A DNA stretch of 64,000 bases from Haliotis rufescens (taxonomy: Eukaryota): contig NW_025963779.1 in assembly GCF_023055435.1 (NCBI RefSeq), positions 70,556,001 through 70,620,000 of the forward strand. The letters are read 5' to 3'. Positions 24,879 through 36,900 of the stretch are shown here, piece after piece. The notes below the pieces were generated by a model. It worked only from the letters and a program-made list of their open reading frames with translations, was not told the DNA's origin and did no database searches. Numbering within the stretch: position 1 is the first letter of the stretch; each line of letters begins with the position of its first letter. Both the position numbers and the translations under genes were made by a program.

Positions 24879-27800
24879 TCAGCAGTTGACTTCTTCGTAG
24901 TCGGAACTACCTGAACAGTGCCGAACTTCTCGGCGATTACCATCCCTCGTGACCCGACTACAGGGCATCTCATATCCATCTGCGATGACTGAATAGTACG
25001 GTTCCTCCCGATCACACGGTTCCAAGTGTATTCCTGGTCGATAGTGAACCACTGGTTGATCAACAGGACTCAGATAACTTGCTTGGTTCTCATTACACGC
25101 GCAAGACTTCCTGAAAAAGTATGGATTACAAACGTATATCATGTCTATTAAGTTAAACGTCAAAGGACAAACGTAGCTGCAACAATGCATGACTCTATTA
25201 CCTTATACGCCACGTGGACTAAAGTACACTACACGTCGGTAGTGATGGCTTCATATTCTTGCCTGTGACACCTTTTGACTTTTTGTTCAGTTTGCTAAAT
25301 ATGCGCCGGTAATCCTACGTGTGAACAAGTCAAATATGTATATTTAGGTACCTTTTGAAGAAAGAAATAGATCCAGATACGATGACGATCGCGAAAATAG
25401 CACAAACAAATAGAAGTGCAGTAACATGCCTGCTAGAATGGACCTTTTCTGTAACAGAAAAAAAGAAGTACGAAATCGCATTGTTGTTAAACAAACACAA
25501 GTCAATGTGACTGATACTGTTATGGCTGCTTGCCGTGCTTAGATTACATAGGTGCTGTTACAAGTCTCACTATGAACTTTAAGTTTAAGTCGGAATCGTT
25601 CAATGAATAATGGTTTCTCATGATTATAAGAATTCTTTAGTGGCTCTAAGTTTAAGAACTCTCCCACTTGATTCATTTTGACTATTTTCTGTCTAAATGA
25701 GACAATTAGTCGTGTCGGGGATTCAACTTAATAGCATTATATGTACATCTAAATCATGTTATGTTATAAATGTCGTGAAGGAGTGGCCGATTTCCGTGAT
25801 TCATACATGGAATTTTATTTGAAACCAGTGCCGTCAGTAAACACGTTATCGGTAGTATGTGGTGTTTGTACCTGTGCACGAATCCCCTTTCCATCCGCTC
25901 CTACAGGACATGCAAACTCCGCTCTCCTTGTGACATACTCTACAGTTACCAGGACACGGAACAGAGCAGTCATCCATGTACACTCCCTCCTCGCAACCCA
26001 CTGTGCAGCTACCGTTCTTATCACACAGTGTCCCCAAACATCCTTGGCTGCAGTTCCTTACACACTCTGGGCCGTACAAACCCCGGTCACATTCAATACA
26101 CACTCCTGTGGATCTGTAACACCTTTGACAGCCTCGAGGACACGAGTGTTCACAGTAGGACCCCCATCTCCCCTCCAAGCAATCAGTGATGCAAGTAATA
26201 CTATCTGTATTCACATCTAACTTGTGACACATTTGTTGAGGACAGTCTGCACTGCAATTGTTCTCACAATGTCTTCCAAATGTGTTAAGTGTGCATCCCT
26301 GTGCACAGAGGGCACTTGTCTGCTCACATATTTTACCACGACATCCCGGAGAACACGTTGCATTACAATGAGCACCATAGTAGCCTGCTTCGCATCCATT
26401 GGTACAAACCCCAGTCAGTTTGTCACAGTCACGTCTACAGTTCTGACACCTACCTTCACAAAACAAACCAAAGTATTTATTTGTACACAGGCATGCACCA
26501 CCGAAATCACACTTGTTCTGTGAACACCCTTCACTGCAAAACTGACGACAACGAGTCCCGTACCTGCCATTCCGGCAAGCGGTACACGTGCCGGTGTCCT
26601 GGTGACAAGCAGTGCAGTTCCTCTGTGGACATTCATCAATGCACCTGTCTCCCATGTGGCCATCCAGACAGGGTGTGCAGGCTCCAGTGAGCACATGACA
26701 ACGTTTGTTTAAACAATGCTCTGAACATTTGTGGACACAAGTAGGGCCGTAATATCCGACTTTGCATCCTCCACTGCAGTTTCCACCGCTTTGATGACAT
26801 TGATTGTTTTTACAATTCGTTGGACATCTTTTCGAACAATTAGGACCGTAGTACCCAACCTTGCATCCGCCCTTGCACCTTCCACCATGCTGATGACAGC
26901 GGTTGTGTTGACATCCATGGCTACAATGATCTCGGCAAAATCCACCAGAAAAACCTGCCTCGCACCCGGAGGAACACCTTCCGTCGCGATCGTTACATTT
27001 CCCAAGCAGACACATGGCGCCACAGCTGTTCTCACACTGTTGCCCCCAAGTTTTCGACGCACAGGTACGCACGCATTGGTTACCTATGCTCTGGATGCGC
27101 GCACATTTCTCACAGTAACATTGGCTGTCACGGACACATTGCTTATCACATCGTTCACCGTGAAGTCCATTCTCACACCTCTCTCGACGACATGCGTAGA
27201 TGCACGTTTCAAGGCTCTCTGTAAGGTTAGGATACTGGGTTAGGTGCTAATTACTGTATTTTGAAATGAAACTTATCCCTTAATCACATCAGTAAACAAA
27301 TATTACCGTATTTCCTCCATTAGACTCCTAGACGTATATTAATTTCGCGCAAGCCGTTGACCCTGCGTGTATCAGAGGCCCGGCGTCTATTCTGTTTTAT
27401 GCTGGCTCAGTGACTCACTACCTTACCAAATCCCAAATTAAGCAGTCATCTAAAGGGTACATTTGCGGGAAATAGTCATTCATTTGTTAATCACCAGCAT
27501 TTCACACCCTTCGAGACCCGGCGTCTAATAGAGGCCCGGCTTCTATTTTTTGGACAGAACATATGACCCTGCGTCTATTCGAGGCCGGCGTGTGTTGGAG
27601 GTTCGGCGTCTAATAGAGGAAGTAGGTATTTAACGTCGTCACAAGAGGTGAATATGAAAGTGTGTCACTTTAGTTGTATGGAAGAATTATTGCTCAGTTT
27701 GTTCTATAAATCTACTCACATCACGTACAGTACTTGCCAAAAGTAATGGATTTGGTTTGGTTTGTTGTTAAACTCCGCACTCAGCAATATTCGAGCTACA

Positions 27801-30118
27801 TGACAGCGGTCTGTCAATAATCAAGTCTGGACCAAACAATCCAGTGATTGATATCATGAGCATCGATCCACGCAATTGGGACCGATGACATGCATCAACC
27901 AAGTCACCGAGCCTGACCACCCGATCCCGTTAGTCGCCTTTTACGACAAGCATAGTCGCCTTTTACAGCAAGCGTGGATTGCTGAAGACCTATTCTACCC
28001 CGGATCTTCACGGGCCTCAAAAGTAATGGAACATCTCATTAAATATAAATAGCAAAATCGTTTTTTGTTGTCGTTTGTGGTTTCTATGTCCGCTATCAAA
28101 TGCAAGGCTGTCTTTTCCAAAATGTCCAACAGTATCTCAAATTTCAGGAATCAACAACAGTTTCACTTTGTTATACGAACAACATTTCATCCAAGTTCAA
28201 CTATAGAAAAGTGTTGCAGAACGTAGTCTTGGCAGCTCGTGATGTAAATTCCGCTACAGGTGGCTGCCATGATACTGCTACCAACATGTTGGTCATAAAA
28301 TCACAGGTGTCTTTCTCTATTGTTGACAATAACAACCCCAGTCAGTTATTCAAATATGGACCAAAATATTGTGAGCATCTTCCAACCAACCGGGATAACA
28401 CTTTTAAGATCATTAGGCTCCGTGTCCAAGTATATGAAAGAAATGGGTCAAAATAAAAGATGAACCTGTTGAATGTCTTTCAATGCGTTAAGTCAGAGAG
28501 TGATAATAACCAACTGAAAATAGGAAACAGAAGTGACCCAGGCAACTGCCATACAAAGTCTGGTTGCCCCGCATTCACGTTTGTAGTGTCCCCTCCAGCA
28601 AAGCCTCGAATAACATAACTATTATATGTAATCATCACTACATTATATGGTTTTAAATCAAAGAACTTGGTATAATTGACATATCAAATAATGCCACATA
28701 TAAGGCTAGCATGTTTACTGAGGAATCCGACCCGTGAAGATCCGGGGTAGAATAGGTCTTCAGCAACCCATGCTTGCCGTAAAAGGCGACTATGCTTGTC
28801 GTAAGAGGATCTGGATCGAGCGGTCAGGCTCGCTGACTTGGTTGATGCTTGTCGTCAATCCCAATTGGGTGGATCGGTGCTCAGGATATCAATCACTGGA
28901 TTGTCAAGTCCAGACTCGATTATTTACAGACCGCCGTCATATATCTGGAATAGTGCTGAGTGCGGCGTTAAACAACAAACCAACCAACCAGCTGAGTAAG
29001 CCATCTGCCAAAAAACACGCATCAATACTATCATCTTTTGTATTGTATAGCTCCATGAAGATCCGTTTAAAGAGAGATACATTGATGGGTCAAGCAAATG
29101 TACCAAAAACTCCCCATCTCAAAGATTAACCATAATCCTTAATTCAAATTGAATTAAGGAAGAACGTTCTATATATTCACAAAAAAAAGATATTTGTGGA
29201 ATTAATTGAACTTGAATTCTTTCAAACGTTTTGTACTCCACTATTCCAAAAGGATAACTTCAGTCCTTGGTGCATGGGGCGTTTGTCACTGAATGTGTTA
29301 ACGATATATTATAGTTTCATCTCTATATCAAAGATTCGGGACGAAAATGGAAGCAAATGTCATCTTAAGTTTACTGAGAAAACTATATGTAAAATGATGG
29401 ACTTTCTCACTGATAACATCTAAGTGAAACGTGGGGATAAGACACTTGGGCGAGAATTAGGCATCTCCCTGCGCACCAGTTGTGCTCCCTTCTCGGAATT
29501 TCTGGGCGGATTGGCAAAATCAAAACAATGGAATTTGGCAGAGAAGTTAAATTTAAGCTTCAGGTATATCAATGATCGCTAAGCGTTTATTAATGGTCAT
29601 CTGGAGAATTCCCTTTCACTGATTTTCCCACCTGAACTTTGAATAAAAAAAGAGAAATAAATATCAATAAAACTAATTAAAAAAGGTTTAATTATGGAAG
29701 TTTCTTGGGTCTTTATAAGGCACAGTTATAAAGAAATGATATAGCGCGTGATGAAATAATGTATTGCATATTTTAAATCAGATAGAATAGTCAATTTCAC
29801 TGATGAGGTGTCAGGTATCGGTTATTAAATGACATAGGTTTCGGAGAATGTCAACGTTAACCTTATGTTTGACGTGGCATCACGCTGCTTTAGTAATAAT
29901 CCTGCAATAATACCGCAGGGGAAATAAGAAAGGATCTTCACACACTATACGGAAACCACTCACGGGAACTAGTAATGCAGTACTCTCAATCGACTTCCTA
30001 TGAAAACGTTACAAGTAAAAGGCTATTCCAATATCTTATAAACATATATATAGACGCCCTTACCATAAATGCAACAAGCAGCCAATGCCGTCACAATGCA
30101 GTAACATCTAAGAGCCAT
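24879..30118 (-). CDS. Multiple EGF-like repeat single-pass receptor (MEGF10/SCARF/Draper-like), about 576 aa
   Basis: Four exons: 30064-30118 (signal peptide MALRCYCIVTALAACCIYG), 25872-27218 (tandem C..G.YG..C...C EGF/laminin-type repeats), 25352-25448 (TM VTALLFVCAIFAIVIVSGSISFF-KR) and 24879-25110 (tail with YYSVI, GYEMP, SDYEEV). Phases are 1/1/2 and the total is 1731 nt. Confidence 0.9.
27306..27626. mobile_element. MITE with internal GAGGCCCGGCGTCTA repeats
   Basis: TA|CCGTATTTCTCCATTAGAC ... GTCTAATAGAGGAAGTAGG|TA imperfect TIRs and several subterminal repeats. Confidence 0.7.
27752..28015 (-). mobile_element. SINE family B
   Basis: Reverse complement of the family B consensus; TSD caaaagtaatgga. 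Confidence 0.85.
28729..28990 (+). mobile_element. SINE family B
   Basis: gacccgtgaagatccggggtagaataggtcttcagc...(AACC)n tail. Confidence 0.85.
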
Positions 30119-30559
30119 GTTGTCTGAATGACTGTCATCGATGGTTATGAAACAGCTGGTTGAATCATTTTCCGGTTGGCCAGCTATATGTATTTTTAGT
30201 AATATTATCATAAGTGTAAAACCGGGTAAAATGTTAATACTTCCGTAAGTTAAACAGCAGTTTGCTAACAATATCAGAGACACGTTATTAATACAATATA
30301 ACTATTATTATTTGTCCGCGGTGATGCTGAAGTTGTCCGTTTTTTCAGTTTATCTTTTGTATGACAGCATTGCTTTACAGTTAGTCAACTGTAACAACGT
30401 AACTGAAACATCATGTTCATTTTCGAGAAAGTGTTCTATATATCGGGAGCATAAACAAGATAAAACACTTTTTATATTCCTTAATTTTAAACCCTAGCTT
30501 TGCCAAACATATTTAAAATGTCTTGAAAGAATGCCAACTCGTTCATGATCGTGACCTTT

Positions 30560-30825
30560 GCTTGTACTAGTCCGGACTGATGCCGATTTATAGTGCTAGC
30601 TCACTGAGGTATCCATGACACAGTTTAACATGAATACCCCACTCAGACACAGTATACTGACTTCGAGCCGACCAGTCCTTGTTTTAGCCCCTTAATGCTC
30701 AGTGCCAGACAGGGTAACAACAAGTACCATATTTTAACGTCTCTAGGTATGACGCGGCCGGGGATCGAACTCCGGACCTTCCGCTCTCTGGGCGGACGCT
30801 CTACCACTAGACCACGGAGGCGGTC
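30560..30825 (-). mobile_element. tRNA-derived SINE family C (Meta-domain-like)
   Basis: Head gaccgcctccgtggtctagtggtagagcgtccgcc, B box gttcgatccccggcc, body cgtcatacc...atggtacttgttgttaccctg. Confidence 0.85.
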
Positions 30826-32196
30826 TCCTATAAAAGAGATACGGGTATGAACATAATTTTCCGGCAGGCACCAACTGTCACGAGCCGCAGAGTCTCCAGA
30901 TCCTACTTCTTGGTGGATCACACCCGCATAAATGCTGAAATCGAGTGATTTCGATATGACGCCGCTCTGTCCACTGTGTCAGCTTAATGTTGAGGAAAGC
31001 CCTGAGATGAAGGTCTTAGACATTTACTACTTTGTGAAAACCACATGCACGGGTAAAGTGCTGTCAAAACAAGTGCGAAAGAGGGGTTCGAACTCTTGAT
31101 CATTGCAACCTGTCACGACTTACTAACTGTGTACTGGATGGCCATATGTGTATGGGCAGTGCGTTGATTAGTGGCCAGCTTCGGAAAACCACGTTGTGTG
31201 TGTTTAATCAGGCCTACCTATGAAAACCAGTAGAGAGCAACCAAACTAAATATAGTCCACAGTATGGTTGCTCTCTGCTGAATATCATTTGTAGGTCTGT
31301 TAGTACCATGATTGAAAACACAAAACTGAACTCACCATGAACATCTATTATTTTTATTTTACATGTATCATTGCATGATTTGTGTACATAAAAGTGCTTT
31401 CAGATTTACAGTTGGGCCGCTACATCTAAGTCCAGGTTGGATGAATGGATTCCAGATCCTACAGATGTGTCTGGAAACAGAAAAGTCTACATTTCTCATA
31501 TTTTCCCCATCCTCAATATGAAACATTTAACTTGGTGGAGAATTTACAAAACATAATTCAAATAGTTCATCATAAGCAGGTGATATAAATGCTTCCAAAT
31601 GGTAACTTGATTCTCACCGGATCACACATATCCAGAAATAGGATGACAGCCTGAACAAATAAACATATTTACCTTATAATAGTCAAATGTGCACAGATTT
31701 TCTTTAGATCGCCACAAGGAAATATGTCAAAACTATAAATATCTTCAGTCGGATTTCTTTTCAAAATGGAAAGCATTCACACAAACTACTTCCGCCTATC
31801 GTTACATGAAGGCTCGGTTGAAATGAAGAACAGTGCATTTAATTTAATCTTGTGTCCGTTTTATCAGCAGAAGTAAATAGGTATTTAAAGAGGGGTGAGC
31901 TTGAACATATTTGGCAATACATAGCTTTGTTTGCCTGCTAGCTCAAATTGTATTTCAATCTGATCAGAAACAACTCAGGACAAGGAGAATGACATAACCA
32001 AATTACTATGACCTTGTTGTTAAAATTCAATATGATCAAAGGGAGGTAGCCCTCTATTTACTATGGTCTGTGTCAGGTTCAGTTCATGCACCACTACTTT
32101 AAAAAAAATTCCGCTTCTCACACGTATGCGCTACTGCATACCGACTTCCGTCTTTGTTGATGATAGCATAACGTGAATACTAATTACACAACACAA

Positions 32197-33904
32197 CTAC
32201 GCATCGAAACTACTCGTGGTTTTATCCCATTGTATCACATACACTGCCCGACAGGAGAGTTGATAGACAAAAGACAGACAACTACAGTCACCTCTTACAG
32301 TGTCATAGCATAAGGGAAACTGAAAGAAAGACGACATAAACGTTAAGAAAATAGAAAATATCTCCTCACTTTGCAACAGTGATACTATACGCGTTTGAAC
32401 CCCATATTTCATTAAAATGAAGTGTGATATACCCACTGCGTAACTATCAACAACTACCATACAACATCGTTGGTGATATAGTAGGCACTTACCGCTACAA
32501 TGTCAAGCCCCAGGTTTAGGCTCATCTCCGAGTATGCACGATATGCACTGTAGGCTCCAGTTGTATATTCATACAGCGCCTCGAACAGGAAGGCATACTG
32601 CTCCTGGAATTAAACACCGACACGCATGATAATATTGAGTATAAATATAGAGAAAATAATTTGAAAAATTAAATTGGGTTTATACTTCATGCCCTGATAC
32701 TCATGTACATCGAGATGGAGACATCGTAATTTGGGCCTTGTGTAGAACGCAATTTTCACTGCTGATGATTTGTACAAAACAACAGTCTGGAGACGGACAG
32801 ATTTTGGTTTTGTAAACTTGTGTCAAATGTGATAGGACTACCCAAGTGTAATCACCCTTTGTGTGAGTGAGTGAGGTTTTACGCCGCTTTCAGCAATATT
32901 CCTGCCATATCACGACGGGGGACATCAGAAATAGGCTTCACACGTTGTACCCATGATGGGAATCGAACCCGAGCCTTCGACGTGACGAGCGAACGCTTTA
33001 ACTACTTGGCTACCCCACGGTCCCGCACCGGTTCAGTGTAAATGAGGATGTCAACTTTTAGTATGGGGATTCGGGTGTTTATTTAGAGGGTATTAGGAAC
33101 TCAGGGGTGTGGTACGCAGGACGCAAATATAATCGTATTTGATATTCAGATTAAACATTAAAAAAATAATATTGGAGGACGTAATAATTTCTTTTATATA
33201 TTTTATTTTTTCGGTAATTTAACTACAAATCGCACCTCTTCTCAATGCTTGAAGGATTCGTGTTAAGCTGTATTCGGGATTCAGGTCTGGGCAGTGAGAC
33301 TCACAGTCAACAATTAGTGGTATTCGGTATCCTGGGGAGGAGGGAGTCGGCACCTATGTTAAACACAAAATCCCGTTCTGTATGTTCAGCGTTATGGCAC
33401 CCACCTCGGTCTGGACCATCTCCATCCGCTGTTCTCGGAGGTGAGATACACAGCCGAAAACATCCACAATATCGTCAGCCTTTGCCTGGGACAGGAGGTA
33501 GTGCAGAGCAATGAATGTTCCAGTTCGGCCGATTCCAGCACTGAAATGAGCAATAATGTGTCATTACATCAATATTAGTAAACATTAAAAACTCAACGCC
33601 CTTGATTCAAACAGCACAGTGAAAGAAGGACTACCTGCAGTGGACGATGACTGGTCCGTGTACAGCTGACGCATCTCGGAGCACCGCTGACCGGAAGTCG
33701 AGAAATGACGTCACATCACGTGGGGAATCACAGTCAGGCCAGGCGGTGAAGTGGTATTGGTATATTTCCCTCTTCACCTCTCCAGACTTGAACATAGGAA
33801 CATGTTAGTGGCAATGTATCGCAATATTTGCGTCAAGAAAGGAGTTTCCAGTTACTCAATCGTTCACTCACTAGCTCACTGACACATAAACCTGAGAGTG
33901 GAAG

Positions 33905-33951
<47 letters not shown>

Positions 33952-36900
33952 TGTGTCTGTGTGTGATTAAGTTACATAATACTGTACACCAGAAACTGAT
34001 TTATTTGACGTCATGTACATAAGAGGACGAGCTCAATGTATCCTGTTGTATCGAGAGCATGACACTTTTTCACTTTCCTTCACGTAGGTCTTAAATGTGC
34101 CCCGCTTTCATTGGTGATTTATGAATATAGGTTATATTTTTACCTTGGTGATATTGAACGTCCTCTTTACATAAGTGTCGCTGACTTCTTCAAGCACAAA
34201 CTCCACCATGATGTCATCAAATGTTTTGTTTTCATTGAATTCGCCTGGCCAATACTTGACACACTTCATCTGAAAATAACCATGGTTTGCGTTAATGTCT
34301 CAATAATCTGTCCAAATTGCTGTGATACATTCACGTTCTTATATCGGTGATATGTGTGCCCAATTCGTCTTCGTCGCCGCAATTCGCTGGGCAGAGTTGT
34401 GTCCCTTAGGTGTGCAGAGAAACATCTGAAACCTGTATTGATTCAGGCGTATCACCCACATTAAGATTACACAGCTTGATATAATTGAACAACTGTTCAA
34501 AGTGGCGCTAGGCCCACTTCACTAATCTTAATATTTCAGCCAGACTTTTGACCGATGTTATTCTTATTAAAAAGTTAAACAATCATATAAGCACCGGAAA
34601 ATATTCCATGGCAATCATTTTGAGATTTAGTGTGCACCAATTTAACGATAACAAAATGGTAACAGGAAGAAAACAAGGAATTTGGATTGTAATAATTCTG
34701 CAATTAAGTTTTATTAAAGTAGAAGTGACAGGAAACAGTGGCTATGAAATTAAATACGAACACTATTTAGTCAGGACGGGAATGATATTAATGAAGTTAT
34801 TCTGATAATTGAATCATTGATCACCACGTCAATGACAGTCCTGAAGGCGGATTACCTGGACGAACTTAGCCCGGCTGACGAGGTGTATCTGTACACATGA
34901 AATTTATGAAATAAATCAATAGAATTTCGTAAAACAACCTTTCCGTCTTCAATGATGTTCGTAAGCATGACAATCTGTCGAGCATGGGTCTCCCATACCA
35001 TCCTCCAGAAGTCTGGCACCACACGCAGAAACGGCCCTTAAAAACATGAGTGAGTATTATTTAGCAATAATCCAGCAATATCACGGCGGGGGACACCAGA
35101 AATGGGCTTTTCACACATTGTACCCATGTCGGGAATCGAACCCGGGTCTTCGGCGTGACGAGCAAACACTTTAACCACTAGGCTACCCGACTGCCCCTTT
35201 AAGAAACATGAAGTTAATCTGATTAGTTCATGGCATCCAATGAAGGAAATGGGCTTGCTGAAATGTTTGTGATGGAAGAATAAAAAAAAGGCTTGAAGTG
35301 ACAGCAAAACGACCATGGCAGGTTACGAAAATAATAAAATCTCAAGTAGAGATAATTTCTTTGTTACTGATAGCTCACCTTGCGCGGCTATGAACTGTTG
35401 CAGGCTGCCGACCCCCTGGTGAGAAATATAACGTTATCAATATTAACGGTGCATGTATGTGAATACACTGAAACCCGTTATACCAGACATCACCGTTTCT
35501 ACTGTAAGCGTTCGGGTTAACACATGTCCGGATTACGTTATAAGAGATACGTAGTAATATCACGCCCATCATATATAGATTGCCCCAATGATAGTCCAGA
35601 TGACGGGCATTCTGGATAAACGAGGTTTCTCTGTATGTACTATTCTCGGTTCTCGTACCTAGCCTGCCGGGCAGAAAGTGTACACCAATGTTTGATGAAA
35701 AAAAGCAATGAATAGTCGATGGTGATGTATTTCATACGGTCACACGGGTATTTCATACCATCATAGTTGTGCTTTTAGGCGTCATGCTTGCAGTGTTTCG
35801 GCGACTGTTTTGGTAACGTTTGTAATATTTTGCTCAAAACCAGTTTTCAAGTGTATACTTTCTATTGCCCGGAAGTTTAGATAGGTTATGTTCATTTACA
35901 CACTTAAACTCAATCTGATATCGATGTAACGATTAATGTGAATATCTATCGCATACAGTCGTACTATGAATTCATACACATTTGGAAATGTATGTCAAAT
36001 ATTGTTTCAAGTACTTACCCATATGAAATTTGTGGCATTTGTGATGGTAACTATGTTGTCTCAAATAATACTTTGCATCACAAAACTATATATTTTTTCC
36101 TTTCATGCACGTTAACGTGGATTTTTAAATCAAATTGAAGTTACGTTAACGTGGATTTTTAAAACAAATTGAAGTTGCGTTATACGGTGAGTAAGCGGTT
36201 AGTTGTGTACCGCCACCAGTACAGTGTGTGTCTTGTGTCAAATCAATCATTGTGTGAGTGGAAAGCCCAAAACATAAATGTGATGTTTTAACAGCGTAAC
36301 CATGGTGAAATTGGAATTTATACAATCAGCGGAGAATGTCGTCTAAGGAACACATTTCTTAACAACCTGTTACGTTTTAGAATATGGTGCTACCTGCGCC
36401 CCGTATGTTCAATGACGTCAGAAACAACGAACATACCTGTATGTAATTAGCATTGATGTATCCACTGGAAACATTCTCGGCGACCACCTTTAACACAACT
36501 CGACTGCTATCATCTGAATGTGTAGCGAAGATACAAACAGAGAGCATTAATAATAAATTAAATATATTTCATAGTGAGATTTACAGAAATGGGTTTCACC
36601 GATTTATATACCAATAAATATTTACTCATAATATCAAACAGGCTCCATTATTTACAGACCGACGTCAAATAGCTGGAATATTGCTGACAAACAAACTAGA
36701 CGATGGTTACCTACATGAAGTAACGTCTTTGCTGACAAGCGTGATTAGACGTTATCTTTGATGAAAACAACCAGTGAGTGATGTGGGATAAATGTCGTTA
36801 TGAAAATTATTTCGGTAATGTCACGGCGTATCATCTTAATGGGGCAGGACAGCCCGAAGGGATGCATGTATTAGAAGTTTACTGTGCACTCAAAATATAA

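Noticed and set aside
25756-27243. Many overlapping ORFs on both strands over the EGF exon (also 59887-61341)
   Set aside because: Shadow ORFs of a Cys-rich repetitive coding exon; only the EGF frame has motif and splice support
27350-27620. Short repeats with spacers resembling a CRISPR array (also 14631-14805)
   Set aside because: Eukaryotic context, irregular spacing, no cas genes; explained as MITE subterminal repeats
36019-36050. Small exon-like block with a gtaagt donor inside the PTP gene
   Set aside because: Its phase does not fit between the YINANYIQ exon and the 37-nt FIAAQ exon, which already join correctly
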